Positions 1 to 12,097 are shown, counted from the first letter of the stretch. The stretch is DNA of 64,000 bases from an uncultured Chloroflexia bacterium (GCA_963850555.1 CAWKLT010000004.1:114081-178080); one strand, 5' to 3'. Translations and numbers: made by a program. Notes: generated by a model not told the origin, from the sequence alone.

Positions 1-217
1 GGCCAGGAGGCGCGGGTGGCCGTCGAGGATCTCGGATCAGGGCCTGGTCCACCGCGCGGAAGAGCGCGTCGATCGCGCCGTTGCCCTCGGCGGAGGCGCG
101 CCAGTGGTGGTCACCGGCATCGATGATCACCGCCCCCCGGCTGCGCGCGTTGGAGCCGGACTGGACGGTCCAGCGAGCCAGGTGCAGGGTGGGTGTTTCG
201 GTCGTTGGCTCGGGCAT
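1..217 (-). pseudogene. Stand-alone LeuA allosteric/dimerisation-domain protein. N-terminal part only (runs off the window), with an apparent +1 frameshift near 34-35.
   Basis: ATG at 217 lies 8 nt after the cimA stop, with GGAGG upstream. Translation: MPEPTTETPTLHLARWTVQSGSNARSRGAVIIDAGDHHWRASAEGNGAIDALFRAVDQALI, then EILDGHPRLLA only after dropping one base (plus-strand GG 34-35). The GNG(A/P)(I/V)DALF(R/K)AVD..L....HP.L motif matches the C-terminal regulatory domain of the leuA in this window ([26 protein letters not shown]). Confidence 0.45.
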
Positions 218-224
218 GTCCGGC

Positions 225-1917
225 CTACCTCCGGGTCGCTGCGGCGGGATCGTCCGCGGGGCGTTCGCTTGCGGTCTCCGTCGTGAAGTGTCGCTCATCG
301 CGCCGGCGCAACTCCGCGCCGGACTTCCAGATCGCGTACTCGAGCGAGTCGGCCAGGGCCGACGCCGACGCCGCGATGATGTTCGTGTCGCTACCCATCG
401 TTGACCACGTTCGCGCGCCGTCCTGCGAATCGATGATCACGCGGGTCCGCGCGGCCGTGGCCGCATCACCGTCGAGGATGCGCACCTTGTAATCGACGAG
501 GTGGACGTCGTCGATCGCCGGATAGAACGCGCGGAGCGCTTTGCGCAGCGCGGCGTCCAGCGCGTTGACCGGGCCGTTGCCGTCGGCGGCCGTGTGCAGG
601 ACCTCGCCGTCGACGGCCACCTTGACCGTCGCCTCGGCGAGCAGCTCACGGCCGTCCCGCTGCTCGACGAGGCACGTGTAGTCGACGATCCGGAACGGCG
701 CCGCATAGTCCGCCGCATGACGGCGGATGAGGAGCTCGAACGAGGCTTCGGCGCCCTCGAACGCCAGGCCGTCGGCCTCGAGCTGCTTGATGAGCCGGGA
801 CAGCTCGCGCGGGTCGATGCCCTCGAGGTCGTGCCCCAGCTGGCGGGCCCGGATGGACGTGTTCGCCCGGCCGCCGAGCTCGGAGACGACGAGCCGGCCG
901 ATGTTCCCGACGGCGGTCGGCTCGACGTGCTGGTAGGAGCGCTCGACCTTCGCGACGGCCGCACCGTGGACCCCGCCCTTGTGGGCGAACGCCGACCGGC
1001 CGACGTAGGGCTGGTAGTCATTGGGCGTGAGGTTCGCGATCTCCGCGACGCTCCGTGACAGCTCGGTCAGGCCCTCGAGGCGGCCACCACCCGCGGGCAC
1101 GAGCGTGTGGGGCGTCTTGAGCGCGAGGTTCGCGAGGATCGAGACCATGTTGGCGTTGCCGGCGCGCTCGCCGTAGCCGTTGATCGTCGCCTGGACGTGA
1201 CGGATGCCGGCCGCGACCGCCGCCATGGAGTTGGCCACGGCGAGCTCGGCGTCGTTGTGCGTGTGGATGCCCCAGGTCACGGCCGGCGCGTCCTTGTCGC
1301 CGTCGAGGGATGTCCGGACGTCGCCGATGATCCGGGTCAGCTCGTCGGTCAGCGTCCCGCCGTTCGTGTCGCACAGGACCAGCGTGCGCGCGCCCGCCCC
1401 CCGGGCTGCGCGCAGCGTGGCCAGCGCGTACTCGGCGTCGTCCTGGTAGCCGTCGAAGAAGTGTTCCGCGTCGTAGACGGCTTCCCGGCCACGGTCGACG
1501 ATGAAGCCGATCGAAATCGGCGACCATGTCGAGGTTCTCCTGCGGCGACGCGCCGAGGACCTCCGTCACGTGCAGGAGCCACGACTTCCCGAAGATCGTG
1601 ACGACCGGGGTCTCGGCCGCGACGAGCTCCCGGAGGTTGGGGTCGTCGTTCGCGGTGTTCGAACGATGGCGCGTGGACCCGAACGCCGCGAGCTTCGCGG
1701 TCTCCCAGCGCACGGTCCGGGCGGCCGCGAAGAATTCGATGTCCTTGGGGTTGGAGCCCGGCCAGCCGCCCTCGATGTAGGGCATCCCGAACTCGTCGAG
1801 CATGCGCGCGACCCGCAGCTTGTCGGCGAGCGAGAGCGTCACGTTCTCGCCCTGGGTCCCGTCGCGCAGGGTCGTGTCGTACAGGATCACGGGGGCGTCG
1901 CCAGGGCCAGGGCTCAC
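225..1917 (-). pseudogene. cimA: (R)-citramalate synthase (CimA / LeuA-family), reading frame broken by one extra base near 1514-1516
   Basis: The N-terminal ~135 aa (VILYDTTLRDGTQGENVTLS...IEGGWPGSNPKD) are in the frame of ORF 1018..1917. The rest (EAVYDAEHFFDGYQDD...WGIHTHNDAELAVANS...[16 protein letters not shown]) is in the frame of ORF 225..1280. The junction MVAD|SIGFIVDRGRE is restored by deleting one T of a TTT run. Total length is 1693 nt = 3n+1. Confidence 0.85.
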
Positions 1918-3050
1918 GCCGGCACCCCCGCTTCGAGAGCGTCGATCACGGCTGTCGCCATGCCGGTCGTTCCGACGACGACCAACCCGTCATCAGCGTC
2001 CCCGGGATCCGCGAGGTCCCCGGTGCGCCACCCCTCGTCGAGCGCCCTGCTGACGGCGGCCTCGATGGCTTCCGAGACGTCCTTTCGGTCGAACGACGAG
2101 AACATCATCATCGCCGCCGAGAGGATCGTGCCGATCGGGTTCGCCTGGTCCTGTCCGGCGATGTCGGGGGCCGAGCCATGGATCGGCTCATAGAGCCCGA
2201 ACGTGCCATGGGCGGTCTGCCGATCCGAGAGCGAGGCGGACGGCAACATGCCGAGGCTCCCGGCAAGCACGGCCGCCTCATCCGAGAGGATGTCGCCGAA
2301 CAGGTTCTCGGTCACGATGACGTCGAAGTCGGCTGGCCGGCGGATGAGCAGCATCGCGCACGAATCGACGAGCTGGTGATTCACCTCGAGGTCCGGCAGG
2401 TTTCGGTGCTCCTCGTCCACGACCCGCCGCCAGAGACGCGACGTCGCGAGGACGTTGGCCTTGTCGACGCTGGTCAGGCGCCGACGCCGCCCGAGCGCGT
2501 GCGCCGCGGCCACGAGGAAGATCCGCCGGATCTCGTCCTCGCCGTACGGCATGGTGTCCACGGCGAATCGGTCGCCCGGTTCCTCCCCGGCTTCCTGGCG
2601 TTCCCCGAAATACACGCCGCCGGTCAGCTCGCGGACGATCAGGAGGTCGACGCCATCGAGGAGCTCCGGTCGGAGTGGGGACGACGCGATCAGCGCCGGG
2701 TGGATCTTGACGGGGCGAAGGTTCGCGAAGAGCCCGAGCCCGCCGCGCAGCGCGAACAGGGCCTGCTCCGGGCGGACGGGCGCGGCCGGATCGGACCACT
2801 TCGGTCCGCCGACGGCACCGAGGAGGACCGCGTCGGCGTCGCGGCAGGTCTCGACATCCTCGGGCCGGATCGCGACGTCGTACGTGTCGATCGCGATACC
2901 GCCGGCCACGATCTCCGTCCAGTCCACCGCGAACCCGAACCGCTTTCCGGCGGCATCGACGACGCGCCGCGCGGCGTCGACGACCTCGGGTCCGACCCCG
3001 TCGCCTGGAATGGTGACGATTCGGTAGGTGGGAAGGCCATCCTCCGTCAT
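1914..3050 (-). CDS. leuB: 3-isopropylmalate dehydrogenase
   Basis: 378-aa ORF with IVTIPGDGVGPEV...LLGAVGGPKWD-like and NLFGDILSDEAA motifs. 4-nt overlaps with leuA (upstream) and cimA (downstream). Confidence 0.93.
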   Translation of the reverse strand: MTEDGLPTYRIVTIPGDGVGPEVVDAARRVVDAAGKRFGFAVDWTEIVAGGIAIDTYDVAIRPEDVETCRDADAVLLGAVGGPKWSDPAAPVRPEQALFALRGGLGLFANLRPVKIHPALIASSPLRPELLDGVDLLIVRELTGGVYFGERQEAGEEPGDRFAVDTMPYGEDEIRRIFLVAAAHALGRRRRLTSVDKANVLATSRLWRRVVDEEHRNLPDLEVNHQLVDSCAMLLIRRPADFDVIVTENLFGDILSDEAAVLAGSLGMLPSASLSDRQTAHGTFGLYEPIHGSAPDIAGQDQANPIGTILSAAMMMFSSFDRKDVSEAIEAAVSRALDEGWRTGDLADPGDADDGLVVVGTTGMATAVIDALEAGVPA

Positions 3051-4683
3051 GGGAGGCCCTCGCCGGCGCGGAGGTTCGCGAATGCCACGTCGACCCCGTT
3101 GATCTCGGCCCCGTGGAGCTTGTTGGTCGCCACGAGGTAGGCGTCGAGCGACGCTTCGATGATGTTCGTGGATAACCCGTGACCGGAGACGACGAGCGCA
3201 CCCGGACCCTCGTCGGACGAGCGGCGGCAGCGGACCAGGACCTGGCCCTGCGCGTCCTCGCCGGCGGAGACCGCCTTGATCTCGTATTCCGTCAGGGTCG
3301 GGTGCCAGCCGAGCAGCGGCTGGAGCGTGTCGTCCACGGCCTTGAAAAGCGCGTTGACGGGGCCGTTCCCGGTCGATTCGGAGCTTCGCTCATCGCCATT
3401 GATGCTGAGCGTGACGGTCCCGACAGCGTTGCCGCCATGCGATGAGGTCACGCTCCAGCCAACGAGCGCGATGCTCGCCTCGACCTCGGACGTCCGCTGC
3501 TCCACGAGCGCGAGGAGGTCGGCATCGGTGACTTCCTTCTTCGCGTCCGCGAGCTCGATGGCCTGGCGGTAGATGCTGTCGAGGACGTCACCCTCGAGCT
3601 CATGACCGAGCTCGCGCAGCTTGCCCTGCAGGCCCCGTCGCCCGGACAGTTTGCCGATCGTCAGCTGGCTCCCGGACAGGCCGATCGATTGCGGGGTCAT
3701 GATCTCGTAGGTGAGCGGGTTCTTGATGACGCCGTCCTGGTGGATCCCGGACTCGTGGGCGAAGGCGTTCCCGCCGACGATCGCCTTGTTGGGCTGGACC
3801 GCGAAGCCCGTCAGGTAGGACACGAGCCGGGACGCGGCGGTGATGTGCTCCGTTTGGACACCGGATCCGAGATCCGGGAACTGCGTCGGCCGCGTCCGGA
3901 GGGCCATCACGACCTCCTCGAGCGACGCGTTGCCGGCGCGCTCGCCGAGGCCGTTGATCGTGACCTCGACCTGCCGAGCGCCGGCCTGGACGGCTGCAAG
4001 CGTGTTGGCCGTCGCAAGGCCCAGGTCGTTGTGGCAGTGCACGCTGACCGTGGCCTGATCGCCCACGAGATCGACGACGCGGCCGACGAGCTTCCCGAAT
4101 TCGGCCGGGATCGCGTACCCGACGGTGTCGGGGATGTTGACCGTCGACGCACCCGCCTCGACGACCGCCTCGTAGACCTGGAGCAGGTAGTCGATGTCGG
4201 TCCGCGACGCGTCCTCGGCGCTGAACTCGATCTCGGCGTCGCGGCCGAGCTGCTCGCGGCCGTGGCGGACCCAGCGGACCGCCTCGGCGAGCGCGGTGTC
4301 CCGATCGACTCGCAGCTTGTGCTTGAGGTGGATATCGCTCGTGGCGATGAAGACGTGGAGATGGGGCTTGTGCGCGACCTTGATCGCCTCGATCGCCCGT
4401 TGCGGGTCGCCGTCGCGGCAGCGGGCGAGCGCCGCGACCGCGATGTCCTGCGGGGTCTCCTGGGCGATCCTCCGCACGGCCTCGAAGTCGCCCGGCGAAG
4501 CCGCCGGGAAGCCTGCCTCGATGACGTCCACCTTGAGGCGCGCCAGCTGGCGGGCCACCTCCAGCTTCTCGGCGGCGGTCAGGCCCGCGCCCGGTGCCTG
4601 CTCGCCGTCGCGCAGCGTCGTGTCGAAGATGCGGACTGTGCCCGGGGCGACGAACGGGCCGTCCGGCCGCGGTACTGGCGCGC

Positions 4684-4687
<4 letters not shown>
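3047..4687 (-). CDS. leuA: 2-isopropylmalate synthase (short form, with C-terminal regulatory domain)
   Basis: 546-aa ORF with [29 protein letters not shown] and [13 protein letters not shown]. Start overlaps the ilvC stop by 4 nt. Confidence 0.93.
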
Positions 4688-5732
<1,045 letters not shown>

Positions 5733-5736
<4 letters not shown>

Positions 5737-6368
5737 CGCTTTATGGCCTCCTCGATGGACCCCGAACCCCTCGCCATCACGACGGCGCCGGTGCGGACCA
5801 ACTCCTTGATGCCGTACGTCCGCACGAGCGACACGAAGGTGTCGATCTCGGACTCGGTGCCCGTCACCTCCACGATGACCGAGCCATCGGCCAGGTCCAC
5901 GACCCGGCCGCGCGAGAGCTCGACGAGCCGGAGCACCTCGTCGCGGTTCGAATCGGTCGCCCGGATCTTCACGAACGCGAGCTCGTGCTCCACGGTCGGG
6001 TCCGAGGTGACGTCCTGGACCTTGAGCACGTCGATCAGCCGGTAGAGCTGCTTGGCGGCCTGCTCGACCGCGACATCGTCCCCGTGGAGCGTGATCGTCA
6101 TCCGGCTGGTGTCCTCGCGGTCGGTCTTGCTGACGGCCAGCGAGTCGATGTTGAAGTTGCGAGCGCGCATGAGGCTCGAGACCCGGTTGAGGACGCCCGG
6201 CCGGTTCATGACGATGGCAACGAGGACATGCCGACGCGTCTCGCCGCCGCCCGGCAGCGAGCGAGGCGGCGGGGCTACGTGCGCGGGGGCGGGCGGCGGC
6301 GGCTCCGCCGGGGTCACACCCGGGGTCGGACCTGGCCCCGTTCCGTTCGACTCCGGATCGGCGCTCAT
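5733..6368 (-). CDS. ilvN: acetolactate synthase small (regulatory) subunit with a ~45-aa Pro-rich N-terminal extension
   Basis: ACT-domain core [33 protein letters not shown]... The ATG at 6368 forms an ATGA overlap with the ilvB stop. The ORF track start at 6386 is an alternative. Confidence 0.88.
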
Positions 6369-8227
6369 TCGTCCGCCCCGCCCCACTTCTCGATCAGGTC
6401 CGACAGGCCCTTGCCGGCCGGCATCATCGGGAAGACGTTCTGCTCCTCGGCGATCTCGAACCAGATCAGCGCCGGGCCGTCGACGGCCTGCGCGGCGCGG
6501 ATCGCGTCATCGACCTCGCCCGGGGTGCGGGCGCGGAACGCCGGGATCCCGAACGCGTCCGCGAGCTTCGCGAAGTCCGGCCCGGGCAGGTTCGCCGAGT
6601 GGTAGTTCCCGCCGTAGATGATCTCCTGCCACTGGCGGATCATCCCGAGCTTCTTGTTGTCGAGCAGGGCGATCTTGACCGGGATGTCGTCGGCGACCAG
6701 GGTCATCAGCTCCTGGAACGTCATCTGGAACCCGCCGTCGCCCGTGATCGCCCAGGTCTCGCGATCCGGCCGCCCGAGCGCGGCGCCCATCGCGGCCGGG
6801 ACCGAGAAGCCCATCGTCCCGAGGCCACCGGAGCTCACGTGCGAGTTCGGGTTGCGGAAGCCCGTGTAGCGGGCGAGCCACATCTGGTTCTGCCCGACGT
6901 CGGCCACGTACGTCGCCTGGTGGTCGGTCAGCTCGCCGATCCGCTCGACGACGTAGTCGGCGGACAGCACGCCGTCGCGCCAGGCACCGGAGCCGTGCCA
7001 CGAGGACGCCTCCGCGTCGCGTCGCCAATCGGCCAGCTGGTCGAGATACTCGCGGCGCTCATCGGCGCTCGTCGCGGGCACCATCGGCGTCAGGGCCTGG
7101 AGCACGCGCTTCGCGTCCCCGACGATCGGCACCTCGACCGCCACGTTCTTGCCGATCTCGGCGGGGTCGATATCGACGTGGATGATGCGGGCATACGGTG
7201 CGTAGGTCCGGACGTTGCCGGTGACCCGGTCGTCGAAGCGCATGCCGATGGCGATCAGCAGGTCGGCGCTCTGGATGGCGCGGTTGACGTGCTTCCAGCC
7301 GTGCATGCCCATGAAGCCGTAGGCGAGCGGATGCGTCTCGTCCATCGCGCCGATGCCGAGCAGCGTCCAGGCCACCGGGATGGACGTCTTCTCGGCGAAG
7401 GTCCGCAGGTCGTCCCACGCCTCCGCGTGGAGGACGCCATGGCCGGCGAGGATGACGGGCCGCTTCGCGTTGGCGATCTCGGTCGCGGCCGTCTTGAGCT
7501 GGCGGCCGTGGCCATCGAGGTTCGGACGGAAGCCCGGGAGGCCGGCCACGATCTCATCTTCGGTCGGGTGCTCGGCGCGGGTCTCCTGCTGGAGCGCGTC
7601 CTTCGTGATGTCGATGTGGACAGGACCCGGGCGACCGGTCCGGGCGATGTGGAAGGCCTCCGCCACGACCCGCGGCAGCTCGTCGGCGTCGCGCACCAGG
7701 TAGTTGTGCTTCGTCATCGGCAAGGTGATGCCGTTGATGTCGATCTCCTGGAAGGCGTCCTTGCCGATGAGCGCGGATGGCACGTTGCCCGTGATCGCGA
7801 CCATCGGCACCGAATCGAGCATCGCGGTCCCGATGCCCGTGACGAGGTTCGTGGCACCGGGGCCGGAGGTGCCCATGCAGACCCCGACCGTCCCGGTGAC
7901 CCGGGCGTACCCGTCGGCCGCGTGGGCGCCGCCCTGCTCGTGGCGGACCAGGATGTGGCGAAGCTCCGGGTAGTCGCCCAGGACGTCGTAGAGCGGCAGG
8001 ATCACGCCGCCCGGGTAGCTGAAGAAGATGTCGACGCCCTGGCGAAGGAGGGCCTCGCACAGGACGTCCGCCCCGATGCGCGTCCGCTTGAGGTCGCGTG
8101 CCTCATGGAGCATGCCCTTCCGGGCGCGCTCGATCGCCGCCGCGCCCGCCGAGCCGTCGGCCGGCACGTGACTGCGTCGGCCCGTGGCGGGACCCGGCGG
8201 CTTCGCGGGATCGGTCTTCATCGTCAT
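6365..8227 (-). CDS. ilvB: acetolactate synthase large (catalytic) subunit, ThDP-dependent
   Basis: 620-aa ORF with [27 protein letters not shown] and [16 protein letters not shown]. First gene of the ilv/leu operon. Confidence 0.95.
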   Translation of the reverse strand: MTMKTDPAKPPGPATGRRSHVPADGSAGAAAIERARKGMLHEARDLKRTRIGADVLCEALLRQGVDIFFSYPGGVILPLYDVLGDYPELRHILVRHEQGGAHAADGYARVTGTVGVCMGTSGPGATNLVTGIGTAMLDSVPMVAITGNVPSALIGKDAFQEIDINGITLPMTKHNYLVRDADELPRVVAEAFHIARTGRPGPVHIDITKDALQQETRAEHPTEDEIVAGLPGFRPNLDGHGRQLKTAATEIANAKRPVILAGHGVLHAEAWDDLRTFAEKTSIPVAWTLLGIGAMDETHPLAYGFMGMHGWKHVNRAIQSADLLIAIGMRFDDRVTGNVRTYAPYARIIHVDIDPAEIGKNVAVEVPIVGDAKRVLQALTPMVPATSADERREYLDQLADWRRDAEASSWHGSGAWRDGVLSADYVVERIGELTDHQATYVADVGQNQMWLARYTGFRNPNSHVSSGGLGTMGFSVPAAMGAALGRPDRETWAITGDGGFQMTFQELMTLVADDIPVKIALLDNKKLGMIRQWQEIIYGGNYHSANLPGPDFAKLADAFGIPAFRARTPGEVDDAIRAAQAVDGPALIWFEIAEEQNVFPMMPAGKGLSDLIEKWGGADE

Positions 8228-8254
8228 TGGGGGCCCTCGTAGTGACGGACATAC

Positions 8255-8282
8255 AAAAGACCCTCGCCTACCGGCGAGGGTC
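8255..8282 (-). terminator. Intrinsic terminator/attenuator in the ilvB leader
   Basis: Minus-strand RNA GACCCUCGCC-GGUA-GGCGAGGGUC (perfect 10-bp stem) followed by UUUUGU. It ends 27 nt before the ilvB ATG. Confidence 0.7.
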
Positions 8283-8310
8283 CCTTCGGGTGATGCGGGT
8301 TCGTGGCGCC

Positions 8311-8490
8311 TTAGCGTCCGTTCCTCCGCGTCCCTCCGTTCTCCCGCCGGGAGCCGGTAATGAGGCCAAGAAGGCCATCAAGCCCCAGAAGCGAGCGAAG
8401 AAGCGCGAGGATCGATACGTCGGAGAGCGGGTTCGGCTCGACGGGCACATGGACGCGGCGACCGTCCGTCGTCATCACGACGGCGACCAT
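8311..8490 (-). CDS. Candidate Leu/Ile/Val-rich ilvB leader ORF. The alternative GTG start at 8535 gives 74 codons.
   Basis: MVAVVMTTDGRRVHVPVEPNPLSDVSILALLRSLLGLDGLLGLITGSRRENGGTRRNGR. There are 9 Leu and 2 Ile within 19 consecutive codons. The stop lies 28 nt before the terminator stem. The ORF is unusually long for a leader peptide and its SD is weak. Confidence 0.25.
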   Translation of the reverse strand: MVAVVMTTDGRRVHVPVEPNPLSDVSILALLRSLLGLDGLLGLITGSRRENGGTRRNGR

Positions 8491-8571
8491 CCGGCGATCC
8501 TGCCGATCGAATTGGCCCAAGCTGGCCTCCAACACGCTGTATTCCGCCCGGTGGGGCCGTGCGGTCCGCGC

Positions 8572-8599
8572 AGTCTAGCAGGGATCGATGGTGCGTCAA
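8572..8599 (-). promoter_or_regulatory. Sigma-A-type promoter candidate for the ilvB leader/operon
   Basis: The minus strand reads TTGACG - 16 nt - TAGACT (-35 at 8599-8594, -10 at 8577-8572). Confidence 0.5.
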
Positions 8600-8683
8600 C
8601 GCCCCCCTGATGGTCCTGTCCGCCGCGGACGGCGATCAGACCGATCGGTCCGGCCGCCTTCCAGCGGGTCGTACCCTGCTCTC

Positions 8684-11497
8684 GTGGATCTGCCACCGCT
8701 CGTCGGACGGGAACGGGAGCTGTCAACGATCCTGCGTCTCGCGCCGCACGCGCGGAGGCGCAAGGGGCCCGCCGTGGCCCTCGTCACGGGAGACCCGGGG
8801 CAAGGCAAGACCAGGCTGCTCACCGAGGTCGCGGCCCGAGTCGAACGGATCGATCGATTGCGGGCACAGGGCTTCGAGCCCGAGCGGAACGTGCCCCTCG
8901 CAGCGGCGGGTGACCTGCTTCGGCGCCTGGCCCCGCTCGAATCAGCCGCAGTGAGCCCCGATCCTGAGCGTCTCGGCTCATCCATCGAGCCGATCCGCAT
9001 CTTCGAGCGAGCCGCGCAGGCGATGGGCGGAATGGGGCCGACCCTCCTCACGCTCGACGATGTCCAGTGGGCCGACGACCTCAGCGTCGCTCTGTGTCAC
9101 TACTTGCTGCGGGCCGCCGCCAGCGGTTCGCAGGCGCTGCTCCTCGTCGTCGCGGGCCGGGACACCCCAGCGATCGCGGCCTTCGAGGAAGCGGCCCGTC
9201 ATGTCCTCGACGACGGCCACGTCGCCTCGATCACGCTCCAACCACTGAGCGAGGAGGCTGGGCTCAGGTTGCTTCGGGAGGCCGCTCCCGACCTGACGTC
9301 CGCCGACGCGACCGAGGTCTGGCGCCGCGCGGCTGGATCGCCGTTCTGGTTGCACGCACTCGCCGCAGGCACCGACCGGCACGCCCGCGATGTCGTGGCA
9401 ACACGGCTTCGAGGCCTCACTGACGACGCCGGAACGATGCTCGGGGCGATCGCGGTGGTCGGCCGGCCGATCGGCGCTCTCGACCTCGCCGATCTCCTCG
9501 GCTGGCCCGCCGAGCGAGCGGCTGATGCAGCGAGCGGCCTCGCCGCCCGAGGCCTGGTGGTCGAACGCGACGCGGGGCTACAGGTCGTCCACGACCTCCT
9601 GCGGGAAGCCGCCGTCGGGCGCCTCCGTCCCGAGGCGCGACGCGAGCTCCACCGGGCCCTCTCGGAGCGCCTCGAACGAACCGCCGGCGACGACGTCGCG
9701 CAACTGCGCGAGGCACTCGATCACCGGCGACTCGGTGGTCTGGCCGCCCGCGACCTTGCGGAGCGGCTCCTCCGCTCGTCGCGCCGACGCTGGTTGGGGC
9801 GCGACGGACTCCGCGACCTGGCCAAGATCGTGGATGACGACGAAGTCGGCACGCCGGCCTGGGCCGAGCTGGCCGTTGATGTCGCGAGCCTGGCGGTGGA
9901 GCTGAACGACCACGCCTTCGCGCTCGAGCGCTGGGGCGACCTCGCCGATCGGAGCGTCGCCGCGTCGATGGAGGCTACCGCGTCGCTCGGGGCGGCGAAG
10001 GCCGCCTTCGAGCTGGAGCGGGGCGCGGTAGCCCGTGCGTGGATCGAACGCGCCCGGGAGCGATCAGATCGAGCGGCCACGCCTGCCCAGGAGGCCGCGC
10101 TCGACGCCGTCGATGCTCTCGTCCTGATCTGGCTCGAACATCGCCTGGCCGAGGGCGAGATCGTCGCCGACCGGGCGGTGCGGGCGGTGCGAGCGCTCAT
10201 CCACGACGCGGGCGGAGCGCAGCATCTCCCTCCCGAGGCATGGCGGGCCACGCTTGACGCCTTGCGCGCTCGTTGGGACGCGTCCGTCCAGCGCGATGAC
10301 CGCGTTCCTGCTTCCCTGACCCAGGAACTGCTGGCCGTCACCGCGCACGATGCTTCCGCCCACCTCTCGGCCATCGTGCTGGCGGGCCATGCGGCAGCAG
10401 CGGACACGCACCTCGACATCGCGGAGGAGCGGTTCCGGCTGGCCTGGGACGAGGCCCGACGGCTCATCGTCCCGGCGGCGGCGGTGGAGGCCGGATTCTG
10501 GCTCGCTGTGACCCTGTTCGACAATGGTCGCCTGGTCGAAGCCGAGGCGATGATCTCCGACGTCCAGGCGCTGGTTGCCCGGGCCGGCGATCACGGCAAG
10601 ATCCGCGCCCGATCGCGGAGCCTGCCGGACGAGCTACGCCTGTTGCGTGGCGACTGGTCCGACGCCACCGCCTCGCTGCTTCGTGGAGTGGAAGCAGCGC
10701 CCGATGCCCACCGCCGGATCCCCTATCACCAGGTGCTGGCGCGCTGGTCTGCCCGGGTCCGGCCGACCGAACGGGTAGCGTCGTATCTCGAAGCTGGGAT
10801 CGCCGACGCCAAGGCCGGCGGTTGCCCGCGTTGCGCGGCGGAATTCCATCTCGCAGCCGCGCAGGTGGCTGCTCGGATCGGCCAACCCGGCCTGGGACGG
10901 CGGCTCCTGGCCGACTGGACAGCGGAGCGCCCGTCCCCGGATGCCTGGTCGACCATGCAGCGGCGCTGGACAGAGGCGCTATTGGAGGACGACCCGGCGC
11001 GAACCGCAAATACGGTCGAGGTCCTTGCGCAGCTGGTCGATGAGGCGGATGGCGTCGGCCGTCACCTCGAGGCGACCGTCATCCGGCTCGACCATGCCCG
11101 GATCATTGCGACGCTCGACCGCGGAGGGGCTGCGGAATCCTACCGAGAGGCCGCGCGCATCGCCGCGGACCAGGGCGCCATGGTCCTCGAGCGGCTCGCC
11201 GAGCGTGAGCTGCGCACGCTCGGGGTACGCACGTGGCGGCGCGGTGCGGCGGGCGGCGCCGTCGACGAGCTGACCGCGCGGGAGCTGGAAGTCGCGCGGC
11301 TCGTGGCTCGTGGCGACACGAACCCGGAGATCGCCGCGCGACTGTTCCTGTCGCGCAAGACCGTCGAGCGTCACGTTTCCAACATCCTGGGCAAGGTGGG
11401 TGTCCGAAACCGGGCTGAGCTATCCGCGGTCCTGGCGGCCCGAGATGACGGGGGGCTCGGGCCGGACATCGATCGCAATGAGGGAGTTCCCCGATGA
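8684..11497 (+). CDS. LAL-family (large ATP-binding LuxR) transcriptional regulator: P-loop NTPase, TPR-like middle region, C-terminal LuxR HTH
   Basis: [12 protein letters not shown]...[13 protein letters not shown] (Walker A) and the C-terminal [45 protein letters not shown]. Start uncertain: GTG 8684 is preferred because ATG 8588 sits inside the divergent promoter. Confidence 0.85.
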   Translation: MDLPPLVGRERELSTILRLAPHARRRKGPAVALVTGDPGQGKTRLLTEVAARVERIDRLRAQGFEPERNVPLAAAGDLLRRLAPLESAAVSPDPERLGSSIEPIRIFERAAQAMGGMGPTLLTLDDVQWADDLSVALCHYLLRAAASGSQALLLVVAGRDTPAIAAFEEAARHVLDDGHVASITLQPLSEEAGLRLLREAAPDLTSADATEVWRRAAGSPFWLHALAAGTDRHARDVVATRLRGLTDDAGTMLGAIAVVGRPIGALDLADLLGWPAERAADAASGLAARGLVVERDAGLQVVHDLLREAAVGRLRPEARRELHRALSERLERTAGDDVAQLREALDHRRLGGLAARDLAERLLRSSRRRWLGRDGLRDLAKIVDDDEVGTPAWAELAVDVASLAVELNDHAFALERWGDLADRSVAASMEATASLGAAKAAFELERGAVARAWIERARERSDRAATPAQEAALDAVDALVLIWLEHRLAEGEIVADRAVRAVRALIHDAGGAQHLPPEAWRATLDALRARWDASVQRDDRVPASLTQELLAVTAHDASAHLSAIVLAGHAAAADTHLDIAEERFRLAWDEARRLIVPAAAVEAGFWLAVTLFDNGRLVEAEAMISDVQALVARAGDHGKIRARSRSLPDELRLLRGDWSDATASLLRGVEAAPDAHRRIPYHQVLARWSARVRPTERVASYLEAGIADAKAGGCPRCAAEFHLAAAQVAARIGQPGLGRRLLADWTAERPSPDAWSTMQRRWTEALLEDDPARTANTVEVLAQLVDEADGVGRHLEATVIRLDHARIIATLDRGGAAESYREAARIAADQGAMVLERLAERELRTLGVRTWRRGAAGGAVDELTARELEVARLVARGDTNPEIAARLFLSRKTVERHVSNILGKVGVRNRAELSAVLAARDDGGLGPDIDRNEGVPR

Positions 11498-11574
11498 GCC
11501 AGCCATCCCTGCCGGCGCATCGTCCGTCCAGGTCGCCAGACGGCGCCAAGCGGACCGAAAGGCAGGGATCGAGA

Positions 11575-11851
11575 TGGCAGCAGGAAAGTGGACCGGCTCA
11601 ACGACAACGGCTCTGGCGGCGGTGCTGGTGCTCTCCACCATGACGGCGCTCGCGGCCTGCTCCGTTCAGCGGCCCGGGGCCGCCGAAGACCACTCTTCGA
11701 CACGGTCGAGCAGAACCGTGCGGCGATGGGCGTCGCGCCCGCCGACAGCAGCTACGACCAGGCGGAACGCAACCGCCTGACCGTCGGTACGCACGTCGAC
11801 ACGAGCTACGACGACGTCGAACGGTTGCGGGCCGGGCGTGTGGGCCCCTGA
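11575..11851 (+). pseudogene. Small lipoprotein candidate, frame switch somewhere in 11660-11695
   Basis: MAAGKWTGSTTTALAAVLVLSTMTALAAC (signal peptide plus lipobox) in one frame. LFDTVEQNRAAMGVAPADSSYDQAERNRLTVGTHVDTSYDDVERLRAGR follows in the +1 frame up to 11851. Length is 277 nt = 3n+1. Confidence 0.35.
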
Positions 11852-11884
11852 TCGCGCGGCATCAACGCCCTGACAAACGTGAAA

Positions 11885-11907
11885 GGCCGCCGGCGGAGCC
11901 GGCGGCC
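11885..11907. terminator. Bidirectional intrinsic terminator
   Basis: GGCCGCCGG-CGGAG-CCGGCGGCC (9-bp GC stem). On the minus strand it is followed by UUUCACGUUUGU. On the plus strand it lies 34 nt after the 11851 stop. Confidence 0.7.
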
Positions 11908-11973
11908 TGATCTGTCTGGTGTACGCCTAGAGCGTAGTGATGAGTTCCCAGCGGTGACCGGACTCGATAGTCA

Positions 11974-12066
11974 TCACCAATCCCACCGCATACCTGCGCC
12001 CACCGTGAGGGCCAGTGACGCGAGGACCGTGAGTGCCCACGAGAGGCGGGCCAGAGTGCTTTTCAC
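11974..12066 (-). CDS. 30-codon hydrophobic micro-ORF downstream of the c-di-GMP riboswitch
   Basis: GTG at 12066 is preceded by GAAGGGGA (SD) with a 6-nt spacer. Peptide: VKSTLARLSWALTVLASLALTVGAGMRWDW (one predicted TM helix). It is followed by the terminator at 11907-11885. Confidence 0.45.
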   Translation of the reverse strand: MKSTLARLSWALTVLASLALTVGAGMRWDW

Positions 12067-12097
12067 GATCGATCCCCTTCGAGCGAAGAGTGGATCA

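Noticed and set aside
8588-8683. ATG 8588 as the start of the first LAL regulator.
   Set aside because: The first 32 codons are Arg/Pro-rich, and the ATG lies inside the divergent TTGACG/TAGACT promoter. GTG 8684 directly precedes the conserved LVGRERE...GKT module. It is kept only as an alternative.
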